Assembly (NCBI GenBank): GCA_963695655.1 | Contig: CAVOHG010000008.1 | Location: forward strand, 909,380 to 973,379 | DNA from: an uncultured Acidobacteriota bacterium | Lineage (GTDB): Bacteria; Acidobacteriota; Vicinamibacteria; Vicinamibacterales; 2-12-FULL-66-21 | Direction: 5' to 3' | DNA: 64,000 nucleotides | Shown here: positions 31,745-43,620 of the stretch, in pieces | Numbering within the stretch: the stretch's first letter is position 1 | Layout: each line of letters starts with the position of its first letter | Made by a program: the position numbers and the translations under genes | The notes under the pieces: model-generated | What the model was told of the DNA's origin: nothing | What the model saw: only the letters and a program-made list of their open reading frames with translations | The model's database searches: none

Positions 31745-32554
31745 CTAGCTCACACTTTCCGCGCTGTAGCGCGCGATGAGGCCGGTGCGAACGGCACTGC
31801 GGTAGACCCGTGCGAACAGCACGCATGCCCCCAGCAGGTAGCACACTGCGAGCGTCGCCCCAATGGCCAGCGGCAGCGCCGACGCGCGCCCTCCCAGTAC
31901 GATGCCGCGCATCCCTTCGAACACGTACGACGGCGGCAGGGCCCGCGACACGATTTGCATCCAGGGTGGGAGCGTCGACAGCGGGTAGAAGACACCGACA
32001 AACGGCGACAGCATGCTTGGAATCGGCCACACGAACCACTCGGCCGACGGACCCAGCCGCAGGACGAGCGCGCATCCGACGATGCCGAGTGCGATGCCGA
32101 AGATAAACAATACCAGCACGAACAGCGCGAGTGGAGCTCCATATCCAAGGAGCGACAATCCGAACACAGAAGTGGACAGCAGCAGCATCACGCTCAAGCC
32201 GATCGTGCTCGTCGCGATGCTCGAAAGCACGAGCCCCGCCAGGTACTCGGGGATCGACAGCGGTGACGCAAAGATGTTCAGGAAGTTGCGCGACCAGACG
32301 TCCTCGAAGAAGGCCATCGTCACGCCCTGCATCACGCGGGTGAAGAAGTCCCACATCAGGACGGCCCCGAGGAGGACCGGCACGAAGTTGAATCCCGGTG
32401 ACGTTACCGTGTTCAGGTATCTCGTGATGAACCCCCACAGCACGATGTCGACCGCCACCCAGGCGAACATCGGCAGCACCCGCGACATGCTGCCTCGGAC
32501 CAGGTAGACCTGGCGAAGTGCGATCGCAAGTGCGCGCCGCGGCTGCATCGTCAT
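31745..32554 (-). CDS. ABC-2 type transporter permease
   Basis: 269 aa with six predicted TM segments. 4-nt overlap with the upstream ATPase gene. Confidence 0.85.
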   Translation of the reverse strand: MTMQPRRALAIALRQVYLVRGSMSRVLPMFAWVAVDIVLWGFITRYLNTVTSPGFNFVPVLLGAVLMWDFFTRVMQGVTMAFFEDVWSRNFLNIFASPLSIPEYLAGLVLSSIATSTIGLSVMLLLSTSVFGLSLLGYGAPLALFVLVLFIFGIALGIVGCALVLRLGPSAEWFVWPIPSMLSPFVGVFYPLSTLPPWMQIVSRALPPSYVFEGMRGIVLGGRASALPLAIGATLAVCYLLGACVLFARVYRSAVRTGLIARYSAESVS

Positions 32555-33288
32555 CGTTCGAGTGAGAGCGGTTCACGGGCAACGGCGATGAAGAGATCCT
32601 CGAGCGACTCCTTGCCGTGCTCGCGGGGGAGCGTCTTCGGGTCTCCTTCGAGCAACATCTGCCCCCGTGCCATGAAGAGCACGCGGTCGCAGACGTCTTC
32701 CACCTCGTACATGTTGTGCGAGGTCCACAGCACGCCGCACTGACCCGAGGTCACGAAGGCACGAATCGTTGCACGGATGTCCTGCGCCGTTGCCGGATCG
32801 AGCGACGCTGTCGGTTCGTCGAGGAGCAGCAGAACGGGCTGGTTCAGCATCGCCTTCGCAACCGACACGCGTGTCTGCTCGCCGGAGGACAGCACGCCGC
32901 ATCTGGTGTTTCGGAATCGAGCCAGGTCGAACTGCTGGACGAGCGTGTCGATGCGGGCGGTGAGGTCGCGGACGCCGTAGAGCATGCCGAAGAAGCGCAG
33001 GTTTTCGCTGACGGTCAGGTTCCCAGGCAGCGGCGCATAGACCGCGGCAAAGTTCGTCCGCATCAACGCGGCGGCACGATTGGTGGCGAGGTTCTGGCCG
33101 TCAATTCGAATCGAGCCGGCACTTGGCTCGAGGACGCCGAGGAGCATGTTGATGGTAGTCGTTTTCCCGGCACCATTCGGTCCGAGCAGCCCGAGGATCT
33201 CCCCTCGCGCAACCTCGAACGACAGCCGGTCGACGGCGGCCGTCGCGCCGTACGACTTGGACAAATCCGACACCGCAAGCACGGTCAC
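32551..33288 (-). CDS. ABC transporter ATP-binding protein (DrrA/CcmA-like)
   Basis: Walker A GPNGAGKTT, signature LSSGEQTRV, Walker B LLLLDEP. Confidence 0.93.
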   Translation of the reverse strand: MTVLAVSDLSKSYGATAAVDRLSFEVARGEILGLLGPNGAGKTTTINMLLGVLEPSAGSIRIDGQNLATNRAAALMRTNFAAVYAPLPGNLTVSENLRFFGMLYGVRDLTARIDTLVQQFDLARFRNTRCGVLSSGEQTRVSVAKAMLNQPVLLLLDEPTASLDPATAQDIRATIRAFVTSGQCGVLWTSHNMYEVEDVCDRVLFMARGQMLLEGDPKTLPREHGKESLEDLFIAVAREPLSLER

Positions 33289-35357
33289 AGCGTCGATTCC
33301 GCACCGTCCGAGCCGGGCTTGCGGCCGAGCAGCGACGCGATCGTGTTCAGGCTGTCGACCATCAAATCGGTCTCATCACGCACCAGGTCGTTGGTCGCGG
33401 CGTTCAACGCCAGCTGCGTCTGCCGCAGCGGCGGAAGCGGCGGCGGAACGGTCCCGGACCGCAGCGCGGCACCGAGGACGACGAGGCTCTCAGCCATCTG
33501 ACGCGACAGCTGTTCGATGCCCTGGACCGGCTGTGCGACCCCACCCTCGAGGCCGGCGTGCAGTGCCAGACCGGCAAGTGCGTAGCGCCTGATGGCTGCG
33601 AGCAAACCGAGCGCCACCGGCGACCGGATCGCATGTTTCGCAGCCGGCTCGGCCAGCATACGCTCGACGATGGCTTCAGCGTTCGAACGGGTCAGGCGGC
33701 CGGCGGCACGATTCTCCGCCAGCGCCTGCAAGTCGGCGTGGGGCGGGTCGGCATAGGCCGCAAGCAGCGCTTCGACATAGCGGCTGTGCGCCTCGAGCAG
33801 CGCGGCAAGCGCCGGCCGCACTTCGGTCGCGGTCCACGTCGGCCACAGCCAGTAAAACCACAGTGCGAGCAGCCCTCCCGCCGCCGTGTATTCGACGCGG
33901 TAGGTGACCGCGGTCAGCTCCGGCACGCCGGCCAGCATCAGCAGAAACACGACGTAACCGGTGATGCAAATCGTGAACAGCGCGTAACTCGTGCGAACGA
34001 GCGCATAACCCGACCATACACAACAGAGCACCAGCGCTGCCAGTCCATGCGGACCCGGCGCGACGCTGTACGTAATCAGGGTCGCAACCCCGCCGCCGAG
34101 CAGCGTGCCGGCGATTCGCGAAATGCCGCGGGCAAACGTGTCGTGGAACTCCGGCTTGAGAACCAGGACTGCCGTGAGCGGGAGCCAGTATCCGCGCGGG
34201 AGGTCAGGGATCCGGTAGAGCGCGGTCGCCACCGCCAGTGTCACGCCCAGTCGAAGCCCATGCCGGAATGCGGTCGAGTCACGGGTGAGGTTCGCCCGCA
34301 GCGTAAGGACGGCATCGCGCACCGGTGGCCGGCGCCGGAGCGGCAGGACCCGCGTCACGCGCGGCACCGCAATGTCCCGCGGCGATGACGCAAGGACGCC
34401 CGTCGTCCGCCACGCCGCCCGCAACTGCCCCAGGAGGGGCTGAATCATGGTCAGTGCCGACAGCTGCGTCGCACACGTGTCGAGCGCTTGCCAGAGTTCG
34501 GGCGGCTCCACAGGATCGCGCGCCTCGGCCAGGGCGTTCGCAATTTGAGTGAGCGCCAGGCTCAGCATCCTTGCCATCGTCAGCGCGCAGGCGCGGTCAC
34601 TTTCGTTCAGCCGGCGCTGCTGCGTCGCGAGGCTCGCCAGGCTGGCGCGGATGCGCTCCGCCTCGTCGAGGAGGGCCTGGAACACCAGCACGTCGCTGGA
34701 TTTTGCAAACGGCTGTGGATCGTTCAGCGGCGAGGCCGTGCCGGCGAAGGTGTGAGGCTCCGGGGCGGTCGAGACCGGTTCGGGGATCGACGCGGCGTAG
34801 CCGGCCAGGCTGCGGAACGCGGCGGCGAGACTTCGGCGTTCCGCCGAGAAGCGGCGGAGCGGCCAGACGATGACGACGAGGACGGTCTGGACCAGCCCGC
34901 CAGCGAAGACGAGTGCCGCGCGCATTGCCGCGCCGCGGAGATCGGACGGGTATCCTCCGGCGAGCACGATCGCAACAATCGATTGCAACCCGACGAAGGA
35001 CGCCGAGGGCCCGAGCGCGACAATCAAGCCACCGCCGAAACCCCACGCGGCCGCCACACCGATGGCCGCGAGGTTCCCCTGCCCTGCCAGGGATCCGCAG
35101 AAGATCGAAACCGACATGCCCAGGGCGGCAAACAGCATCACCGCCGCCCGGCTGCGATACGCGCCCTGAAACGATCCGAACCCGACGGACACGGCGCCAA
35201 AGGCGCCGAAGACCGCGACTGCAGGCTGGTGGAGAACGAGCCCGACGACGAGCGGAACCGCAACGCCCAGCGTGCACCTCAGCGCGGCAACGCCCTCGAA
35301 CTGGCTCCAGTCCACGAGTATCGCGGAGCTGAGAATCCGCCCGAAGGTGCCGCTCAT
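33285..35357 (-). CDS. FUSC (fusaric acid resistance / aromatic acid exporter-like) family membrane protein
   Basis: 690 aa. Two blocks of multiple TM helices separated and followed by long helical cytoplasmic regions, the layout typical of YccS/FUSC. 4-nt overlap with the ABC ATPase gene. Confidence 0.75.
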   Translation of the reverse strand: MSGTFGRILSSAILVDWSQFEGVAALRCTLGVAVPLVVGLVLHQPAVAVFGAFGAVSVGFGSFQGAYRSRAAVMLFAALGMSVSIFCGSLAGQGNLAAIGVAAAWGFGGGLIVALGPSASFVGLQSIVAIVLAGGYPSDLRGAAMRAALVFAGGLVQTVLVVIVWPLRRFSAERRSLAAAFRSLAGYAASIPEPVSTAPEPHTFAGTASPLNDPQPFAKSSDVLVFQALLDEAERIRASLASLATQQRRLNESDRACALTMARMLSLALTQIANALAEARDPVEPPELWQALDTCATQLSALTMIQPLLGQLRAAWRTTGVLASSPRDIAVPRVTRVLPLRRRPPVRDAVLTLRANLTRDSTAFRHGLRLGVTLAVATALYRIPDLPRGYWLPLTAVLVLKPEFHDTFARGISRIAGTLLGGGVATLITYSVAPGPHGLAALVLCCVWSGYALVRTSYALFTICITGYVVFLLMLAGVPELTAVTYRVEYTAAGGLLALWFYWLWPTWTATEVRPALAALLEAHSRYVEALLAAYADPPHADLQALAENRAAGRLTRSNAEAIVERMLAEPAAKHAIRSPVALGLLAAIRRYALAGLALHAGLEGGVAQPVQGIEQLSRQMAESLVVLGAALRSGTVPPPLPPLRQTQLALNAATNDLVRDETDLMVDSLNTIASLLGRKPGSDGAESTL

Positions 35358-35376
35358 GATCGCGGACGCGTGCGCC

Positions 35377-37083
35377 TCAGTATGTAAGGGTCAACAGCGA
35401 GACGCCCTGGCGAGGGAGGGAAAATGCCAGCGAAAGGCGTCCGCCAACGATGCGCGAACGGGATGGCGCGCCGAGTACCTCCAGCCGTCCAGCGCGCTCG
35501 AGTGCCTTGTATTCCGCGGGGGCGGGGGGCTGCGGCGACCCTGCGTTCTTCCACTTTTCGTACGCATTGCTGTGAGCAGCATCGACACGATAATGGGTGA
35601 CGAGCGGGCGGCCGTCCGGCAGACCCTCGAGCGTCAGCTCCACGTGTGCATCGGGCGCCGGGACATCGTCATCATGATAGTTCCAGACCAGCACGGATAC
35701 CGTTCCTGCGTCCTGTGCCGCGAGCGCATGGATGTCAGGCGCGACACGCACGCCCTCGTCGCGAATCTGCTGAACCGGCGAGGCGCTGGAACTTTCCACG
35801 TGCAGGCGCTGGCCGTGCATCATCCCGAGCATGCGAAACACGTTCAGCACCGGCTTGTCGATGCCGTTCGTCGCCAGGTCGCGAAACCCGGCGAAATAGG
35901 GCTGGTCCTCGAACTCGAATGCCCACGTGACCGTCCCCCGCAGACTGATTTTGTGCAGGTCCGCCAGCTCGTAGGTGCGGGCTATCTGTGCCGCCGTGTA
36001 ACTCGAGTACACCGTCCCGTTTCGATACGCGTTCTCGGGATTAGTACGAACCGAACACGCAGCGCACCCCTCCGGGTCGGACTCACCGATGATGATGGGG
36101 GTGTCGCGGAGCTCCGGGAACGACGCCACAATCTCGAAGCCGTTTGAAATCGCCTTCAGCTGGTTGCTGATCGCCATCCGGACGTGGCCGTCGACCACCC
36201 GTGGGGCGCCTTTTGCGTGGAAGCTGATGTAGTCGAGCGGAGCACCAGTCCTGCCGGTCGCAAAGTTGGTCCCGCGCAGGCAGTGCTCGAGAAAGTTCCG
36301 AAGTATCTGCTGCGTGCGAACACCGTTCGGTCCCGTCACCGTGGGCCCGCCGATGCGTGCCGCCGGGATTGCCCGCTTCAGACCGTCAGCAGCGAAGTCG
36401 TACAGCTTCTGATAATCCTCTGGCGTACCATGCCAGTAGCCGATGTCCGGCTCGTTCCAGACCTCCCAGTACCAGCTCTCGACCTCACGTGCGCCGTACC
36501 GCTCGGCGGAGTGGCGCGCCCATTGGAATACGAGCTCCCGCCACTTGTCGTAATCCTTCGGCGGGTAGGACCATCCGGTGTAAATCCGGTTGTAGTCGAC
36601 GCCCGGCGCCCAGTCGTGTTTGTACGGAATCGGTGTCGTCGAGAGCGCCTGCGGCATGAAGCCAATCTCGACGATTGGTTTCATCCGGCGTTCGACAAAT
36701 GTGTCGAAGATGCGATCGACGATTCGCCAGTCGTACTGTGGACGTCCGTCGGAAGTTTCGGTGTACGCGTTAGTGGACCCCCACTTCAGCGCGGGCGTGC
36801 CGTCGCCCGTCGTCAACAGGTTGTGGGTCCGGACGAACACCGGAGCGGAGCTGAGTGCCGCCAGCTCCGACAGGAGCTTGCGGCCATCCTTCATGTATGT
36901 GTAGTTCGGCTCGTCGTACCCGAAGAACGCCCACGCCGGGGTCATCGCGCCGACGGCGCGGCGTGCATCGACGCGAATCGCGACAACTGGATCCTGCGCA
37001 CCGAGCGGCAACACCAGCGCCGCGGCGGCAACCAGCGCCACCAGCACGATTCGCCGCGAGTGTCGTTCAGATTCCACGAGCAT
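35377..37083 (-). CDS. glycoside hydrolase family 39-like (beta-xylosidase / alpha-L-iduronidase type)
   Basis: Signal peptide. WYWEVWNEPD (acid/base NEP) and IIIGESD (nucleophile region), as in GH39. Confidence 0.8.
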   Translation of the reverse strand: MLVESERHSRRIVLVALVAAAALVLPLGAQDPVVAIRVDARRAVGAMTPAWAFFGYDEPNYTYMKDGRKLLSELAALSSAPVFVRTHNLLTTGDGTPALKWGSTNAYTETSDGRPQYDWRIVDRIFDTFVERRMKPIVEIGFMPQALSTTPIPYKHDWAPGVDYNRIYTGWSYPPKDYDKWRELVFQWARHSAERYGAREVESWYWEVWNEPDIGYWHGTPEDYQKLYDFAADGLKRAIPAARIGGPTVTGPNGVRTQQILRNFLEHCLRGTNFATGRTGAPLDYISFHAKGAPRVVDGHVRMAISNQLKAISNGFEIVASFPELRDTPIIIGESDPEGCAACSVRTNPENAYRNGTVYSSYTAAQIARTYELADLHKISLRGTVTWAFEFEDQPYFAGFRDLATNGIDKPVLNVFRMLGMMHGQRLHVESSSASPVQQIRDEGVRVAPDIHALAAQDAGTVSVLVWNYHDDDVPAPDAHVELTLEGLPDGRPLVTHYRVDAAHSNAYEKWKNAGSPQPPAPAEYKALERAGRLEVLGAPSRSRIVGGRLSLAFSLPRQGVSLLTLTY

Positions 37084-38245
37084 TCTGGGTGCCGAACGTG
37101 AACACGGTCTGCGACGAGTACGTCTGCCCCGGCTTCAGTATCGTCGTCGGAAACGCCGGGTGATTCGGGGAGTCAGGGAAGTGCTGTGTCTCGAGACAGA
37201 AGCCACTGCGGATGGCGTATACGGTCGTGTTTTTGCCCTTGAGAGTGCCGTCGAGAAAATTGCCCGAATAGAACTGCACGCCGGGCTCGGTGGTTGCGAC
37301 TTCGAGCGTGCGACCAGTCGAAGGCTCGACGACACGGGCCGCCGGCTCCAGCCCCGCACCGGTTCGATTCAGCACCCAGTTGTGATCGTAACCATTTCCG
37401 TTCTTCAACTGGGAATTCGCCTGCGCGATGCGGGCGCCGATTACCGTCGGCTTCCGGAAGTCGAACGGCGTGGCGTCCACCGGTGCGAGTTCGCCGGTGG
37501 GAATGAGCGTGGGGTCCACCGGTGTGTAACGGTCCGCATTCAGCATCAACTCGTGCTGGAGGATGTCGCCCTTCCCCGCGAGATTGAAGTACGAATGCTG
37601 CGTCAGGTTCACGGGAGTGGACTTGTCGCTCGTCGCTTCGTACTTCACGACCAGCTCATTCTTGTCGGTCAGAGTGTAGGTGACGGTCGCGTTCAGATTA
37701 CCCGGATAGCCCTCCTCGCCGTCCGGGCTCAACCGTGTGAATGCCACGCCTACACCGGCCGGCCCATCGAGCGGGCGGGCGGTCCAGACGTTCTTGTCGA
37801 ATCCCTTGACCCCGCCGTGCAGGTGGTTCGGCGGATTGTTCACCGCGAGCTTGTACGTCCGCCCGTCAAGCACGAACTGCCCTTTGGCAATCCGGTTTCC
37901 GTAGCGTCCGACGACAGCACCAAAATACGGCGAGTCCTTGAGATAGCCCGCCAGCGTGTCGAACCCGAGGACGATGTCGCCGATCGCACCGTTGCGATCG
38001 GGCACGCGTATGCTCGTGATGATCGCGCCATACGTCATCGCCCTGACCTCGACACCGTTTCGGTTCGTCAGTGTATACAGCTCGACGGCTGTCCCATCCC
38101 CGGTCTGACCGAACGCCGAATGCGACACGCCTCGCTTCGAGCCCGGTGGTCCGGGCACCTGGCCGCCATCCGCACCGGCGACGACCTGCGCGACGACAGC
38201 CGCGCCCAGGAGGAACAATGACCCTGACACCATTCTGATTCCCAT
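37067..38245 (-). CDS. galM: aldose 1-epimerase (galactose mutarotase), secreted
   Basis: GAIITSIRVPDRNG...DIVLGFD...YFGAVVGRYGNRIA...NHLHGG...LETQHFPDSPN: canonical mutarotase motifs. Confidence 0.92.
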   Translation of the reverse strand: MGIRMVSGSLFLLGAAVVAQVVAGADGGQVPGPPGSKRGVSHSAFGQTGDGTAVELYTLTNRNGVEVRAMTYGAIITSIRVPDRNGAIGDIVLGFDTLAGYLKDSPYFGAVVGRYGNRIAKGQFVLDGRTYKLAVNNPPNHLHGGVKGFDKNVWTARPLDGPAGVGVAFTRLSPDGEEGYPGNLNATVTYTLTDKNELVVKYEATSDKSTPVNLTQHSYFNLAGKGDILQHELMLNADRYTPVDPTLIPTGELAPVDATPFDFRKPTVIGARIAQANSQLKNGNGYDHNWVLNRTGAGLEPAARVVEPSTGRTLEVATTEPGVQFYSGNFLDGTLKGKNTTVYAIRSGFCLETQHFPDSPNHPAFPTTILKPGQTYSSQTVFTFGTQNARGI

Positions 38246-38262
38246 CAGGTCTCCACGAAGCT

Positions 38263-38339
38263 AACAGCTGTCAGCTATCAGTACAGTTCCAAGACTAACC
38301 TGAGCTGATAGCTGAATGCTGATAGCTGATAGCCGAGAG
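38263..38339. repeat. heptanucleotide repeat element, CAGCTRT family, inverted arms
   Basis: acagctgt cagctat cagtaca ... then the inverted gagctga tagctga atgctga tagctga tagccga. Confidence 0.8.
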
Positions 38340-40565
38340 CTATTTCCCCTTCTCGATCACTTCGACGATTCCGGCGTCGATGAACTGGCCGCCTCGCACC
38401 TGTTTTGTATGGATGGCGAGCACGTTGGATGCGCCGTGATGCAGCTGCGCGGCGGCGGCGGCGTCCAGGGGAATGTAGGCGTACCCGCCAACCGCGCCGG
38501 GCAGAGTGCTTACGAGCGTCCCATTCACAAACACCTCGGCGTCGTCGTCGTGATAAATGCGCAGGTGCGGATTGATCAACGCCCGGGACGGCATGTCGAA
38601 GGTCCGACGGATCCAGATATCCGGCGTCAGCCACGGCGTCCCGACGCGTGCACGCGGGGTATCAGGCTTGCCGAATCCCCCGTTGCCCCTCTGCCATCCT
38701 CCGTCATCGAACGCGGCTGTCGACCAGGTCGGCGGCGGAGCAGTGGTCGTGTATCGCCACTGCTGGGCGGAGCGATCCGATGAGAGAACGACGTCGCGGA
38801 CGACCGGCGGCGAGGCGAGCGCGGCATGAAGGGCGAGCGCGTCCTGGGGAAGCTTCACGACGGCACGGTCGTAGGTCATCATTCCATTGACCTCGATCTC
38901 GACATCGGTTGTCTGCGTGTATATCGCGGCAGCGAGGCCTTCCCCGACCATGATGCGCAGCTGATACATGAGATCCCGGTACGCCTGCCCGAGTTCGTCG
39001 GTGTTCTTGTAGGTCCGGTATCCCCAGTTCCCCTTGTCGATCCACGTGTGGCCCTCGAGCGGCAGCCCCAGGCCGCCGAATTCTCCGAGAACGGCGGCGC
39101 GCTTCTCTTCGAGCAGCGGCATCGCCGGGCCAGGGTACGAGTGCACGTCAGAGACGTCGCCGACGCCTGTGTCGGTCCACCCGCTCGTGTTGTTGACCAG
39201 GCGGCTCGGGTCGCGCTGTTTCAGCCACGCGACGTACTTCTCGGTTTCATGCTGCCCCCAGCCTTCGTTGAAGGGCACCCACATGACGATCGACGTGTAA
39301 CTCTTCAACGCGTCCACGACGTGCTCGAGCTCCGGTGCGAACGCGGCGCGGTTCTCCGCCGGCTTGTCCGGGCCGCTCGGCATGTCCTGCCACACCAGCA
39401 TGCCGAGGCGGTCACAGTGGTAGTACCAGCGCGCCGGTTCGACCTTCACATGTTTGCGTATGAGGTTGAACCCGAGCGCTTTCGATCGTTCGATATCCGA
39501 TCGCAGTGCTTCGTCCGTCGGCGCAGTATAGAGGCCGTCGGGCCACCATCCCTGGTCGAGCAGTCCGTATTGAAAGAGCGGCTTGCCGTTCAGGAACAGG
39601 CGATTGACGCCGGCTGCATCGCGCGCGACTGCAACCGTGCGAATCCCGACATAGCTGCGGACCTCGTCACGTCCGAGCCGCACCCGCAGCGCGTACAAGA
39701 AAGGACTCTCGGGCGACCAGAGTTTCGCGGCCGGGATGCGCAGGACGAGCGGCTCTCCCGCCGTGCCACTGATCTCGGCCACGACGCGGGAACCCTCGAG
39801 CGCTGACACCCGGGCGACACCTGCCCCGGCAGTCGACGGGACGACACGGACTGACACCGTACCCTTCGCCGCATCCGGAACGAGTTCCAGGCTGCTGATG
39901 TATGCCGCAGGGACGGGTTCGAGCCAGACCGTCTGCCAGATGCCGGTGACCGCCGTGTACCAGATGCTCTTCGGTTCGAGCACCTGCTTGCCTCGAGGCT
40001 GCGTGCCGCGATCGGTCGGGTCAGTCACTCCGACGACGAGCACCTGGTCGCCGGACGGCTTCAGGAACTCGGTAATGTCGAACGAGAACGGATCGTAGCC
40101 GCCGGTGTGGGTGCCGACACGCCGGCCGTTCACCATCACCTGCGTTTCCCAATCCACGGCGCCAAAGTGCAGCAGCAGTCGTGACCCCCGCGCCAGGGCT
40201 GGTGCGCGGAACGTTCGTCTGTACCAGAGTCGCTGCGTGTCGCTGACCGCCGCTCCCACGCCGCTCAACTGCGACTGGATCGCAAAAGGCACGAGGATGC
40301 GCCCTGCAAACGCCTGTGGCTCGGGTGCGGCGGCATCGAGCACGGCGTAGTCCCACTCGCCGTTCAGGTTCTGCCACGCGGAGCGCACCATCTGCGGTCG
40401 TGGATACTCCGGCAGCGCCCGGGCGGGCGTTACATCGGCGGCCCACCGGGTTCGAAGCTTCGTCGCGCCCGGCTGCGCAGATGCCGAGGTGAACGCGCCG
40501 CTCGCCAGGAGGACGAGAACCGCCGCGGCCAGGCGCCGGACCGGAGGAATCGATGAATGGATCAT
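38340..40565 (-). CDS. glycoside hydrolase family 2 protein (beta-galactosidase/beta-glucuronidase-like) with extra C-terminal domain
   Basis: Signal peptide MIHSSIPPVRRLAAAVLVLLASGAFTSASA. GH2 sugar-binding and TIM-barrel regions (LHFGAVDWETQVMVNGRRVGTHTGGYDPFSFDIT; NLIRKHVKVE; VMWVPFNEGWG). Confidence 0.85.
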   Translation of the reverse strand: MIHSSIPPVRRLAAAVLVLLASGAFTSASAQPGATKLRTRWAADVTPARALPEYPRPQMVRSAWQNLNGEWDYAVLDAAAPEPQAFAGRILVPFAIQSQLSGVGAAVSDTQRLWYRRTFRAPALARGSRLLLHFGAVDWETQVMVNGRRVGTHTGGYDPFSFDITEFLKPSGDQVLVVGVTDPTDRGTQPRGKQVLEPKSIWYTAVTGIWQTVWLEPVPAAYISSLELVPDAAKGTVSVRVVPSTAGAGVARVSALEGSRVVAEISGTAGEPLVLRIPAAKLWSPESPFLYALRVRLGRDEVRSYVGIRTVAVARDAAGVNRLFLNGKPLFQYGLLDQGWWPDGLYTAPTDEALRSDIERSKALGFNLIRKHVKVEPARWYYHCDRLGMLVWQDMPSGPDKPAENRAAFAPELEHVVDALKSYTSIVMWVPFNEGWGQHETEKYVAWLKQRDPSRLVNNTSGWTDTGVGDVSDVHSYPGPAMPLLEEKRAAVLGEFGGLGLPLEGHTWIDKGNWGYRTYKNTDELGQAYRDLMYQLRIMVGEGLAAAIYTQTTDVEIEVNGMMTYDRAVVKLPQDALALHAALASPPVVRDVVLSSDRSAQQWRYTTTAPPPTWSTAAFDDGGWQRGNGGFGKPDTPRARVGTPWLTPDIWIRRTFDMPSRALINPHLRIYHDDDAEVFVNGTLVSTLPGAVGGYAYIPLDAAAAAQLHHGASNVLAIHTKQVRGGQFIDAGIVEVIEKGK

Positions 40566-40641
40566 GCCCGCGGATTGTAAGCGAAAAAGAAAACGGCCGC
40601 GCGGGGTACCGCACGGCCGTCGTCGCATTCAGTTTGGGGTC

Positions 40642-40708
40642 GCTTCCGCCTCAAACCTCTGTAGCTTCCGCCTCAAACCTGTGTAGCTTCCGCCTTCAGG
40701 CGGAAGCC

Positions 40709-40721
<13 letters not shown>
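40642..40721. repeat. 22-nt tandem repeat (x2), then a third unit split by palindromic hairpin copy 4 (40687-40706)
   Basis: gcttccgcctcaaacctctgta / gcttccgcctcaaacctgtgta / gcttccgcc-ttcaggcggaag-cctcaaacctgtgta. The stop codon of the radical SAM gene lies inside the third unit. Confidence 0.85.
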
Positions 40722-42820
<2,099 letters not shown>

Positions 42821-43007
42821 ATGCCTCCGCAACACTCTTCTCGACGACGTGCGCGGGTGCCCGTGCGGCCCGCACACCAATCCAGCAAAAGAATATCGGG
42901 GGCCCCGTTCTCCCGTGCGCAAATTCAGCCAAATGGGCGATTTGTGGGGTGAACGGGCGGTATGCGGCGCGGGCGGGCGCAATCCGGAGCGGCAAGGCGA
43001 TCGAAAA

Positions 43008-43613
43008 TCAGGCTTTAACGTGCTGAGTCCTTACGGACTTAGCGGATCGCAGCTGCCATGCGAGGCGAAAACCCAGCAGGAGCGCCACGGCGGTTGCGTA
43101 GTAGACCGGCGGACCGATCACGAGCTTCACCTTCCAGACGTAATGAATCGATGCGGTAATGGCACTTATATAAATCAGCCGATGGAGCATCTGCCAGCGA
43201 CGGCCGAGGCGCCGAATCCAGCCTTTGGTCGACGTCAGGGCGAGGGGGATCATGAGGACGAACGCGATGAAGCCCATCGTGATGAACGGCCGCTTCGCCA
43301 CATCGGCCATCATCTGGTCGAAGGCAAAGGAGAGATCGAGCACGAGGTAGGTCAGGAAGTGAACGAACGCGTAGAAGAACGCGTACAGACCGAGCATCCG
43401 GCGATACTGCACGACGCGATTCCAGCCCGTGAGCCGTCGCAGGGGGGTAACCGCCAGCGTCGCGACCAGGAACCGCAAAGCCCACGTGCCGGTCTCGAGT
43501 TGCAGCGTTTCGGCCGGATTGACGCCCAGGTTGTTGGTGAAGCCAAGGTAGACCAGGTACAGGGCCGGCGCCAGGGAGAGCGCGAACACCAGCCGCTTGA
43601 TCGCCCTCTGCAT
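43008..43613 (-). CDS. msrQ: protein-methionine-sulfoxide reductase heme-binding subunit MsrQ
   Basis: MQRAIKRLVFALSLAPALYLVY...LRFLVATLAVTPLRRL...LGLYAFFYAFVHFLTY...HRLIYISAITASIHY: YedZ family with conserved His residues. Confidence 0.9.
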   Translation of the reverse strand: MQRAIKRLVFALSLAPALYLVYLGFTNNLGVNPAETLQLETGTWALRFLVATLAVTPLRRLTGWNRVVQYRRMLGLYAFFYAFVHFLTYLVLDLSFAFDQMMADVAKRPFITMGFIAFVLMIPLALTSTKGWIRRLGRRWQMLHRLIYISAITASIHYVWKVKLVIGPPVYYATAVALLLGFRLAWQLRSAKSVRTQHVKA

Positions 43614-43620
43614 CGCGGCG

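Noticed and set aside
12228-38339. Regularly spaced short repeats that might suggest CRISPR arrays.
   Set aside because: The period is 7-8 nt with no unique spacers, and the arrays are under 450 bp. No cas genes are present. These are microsatellite-like tandem repeats, not CRISPR.
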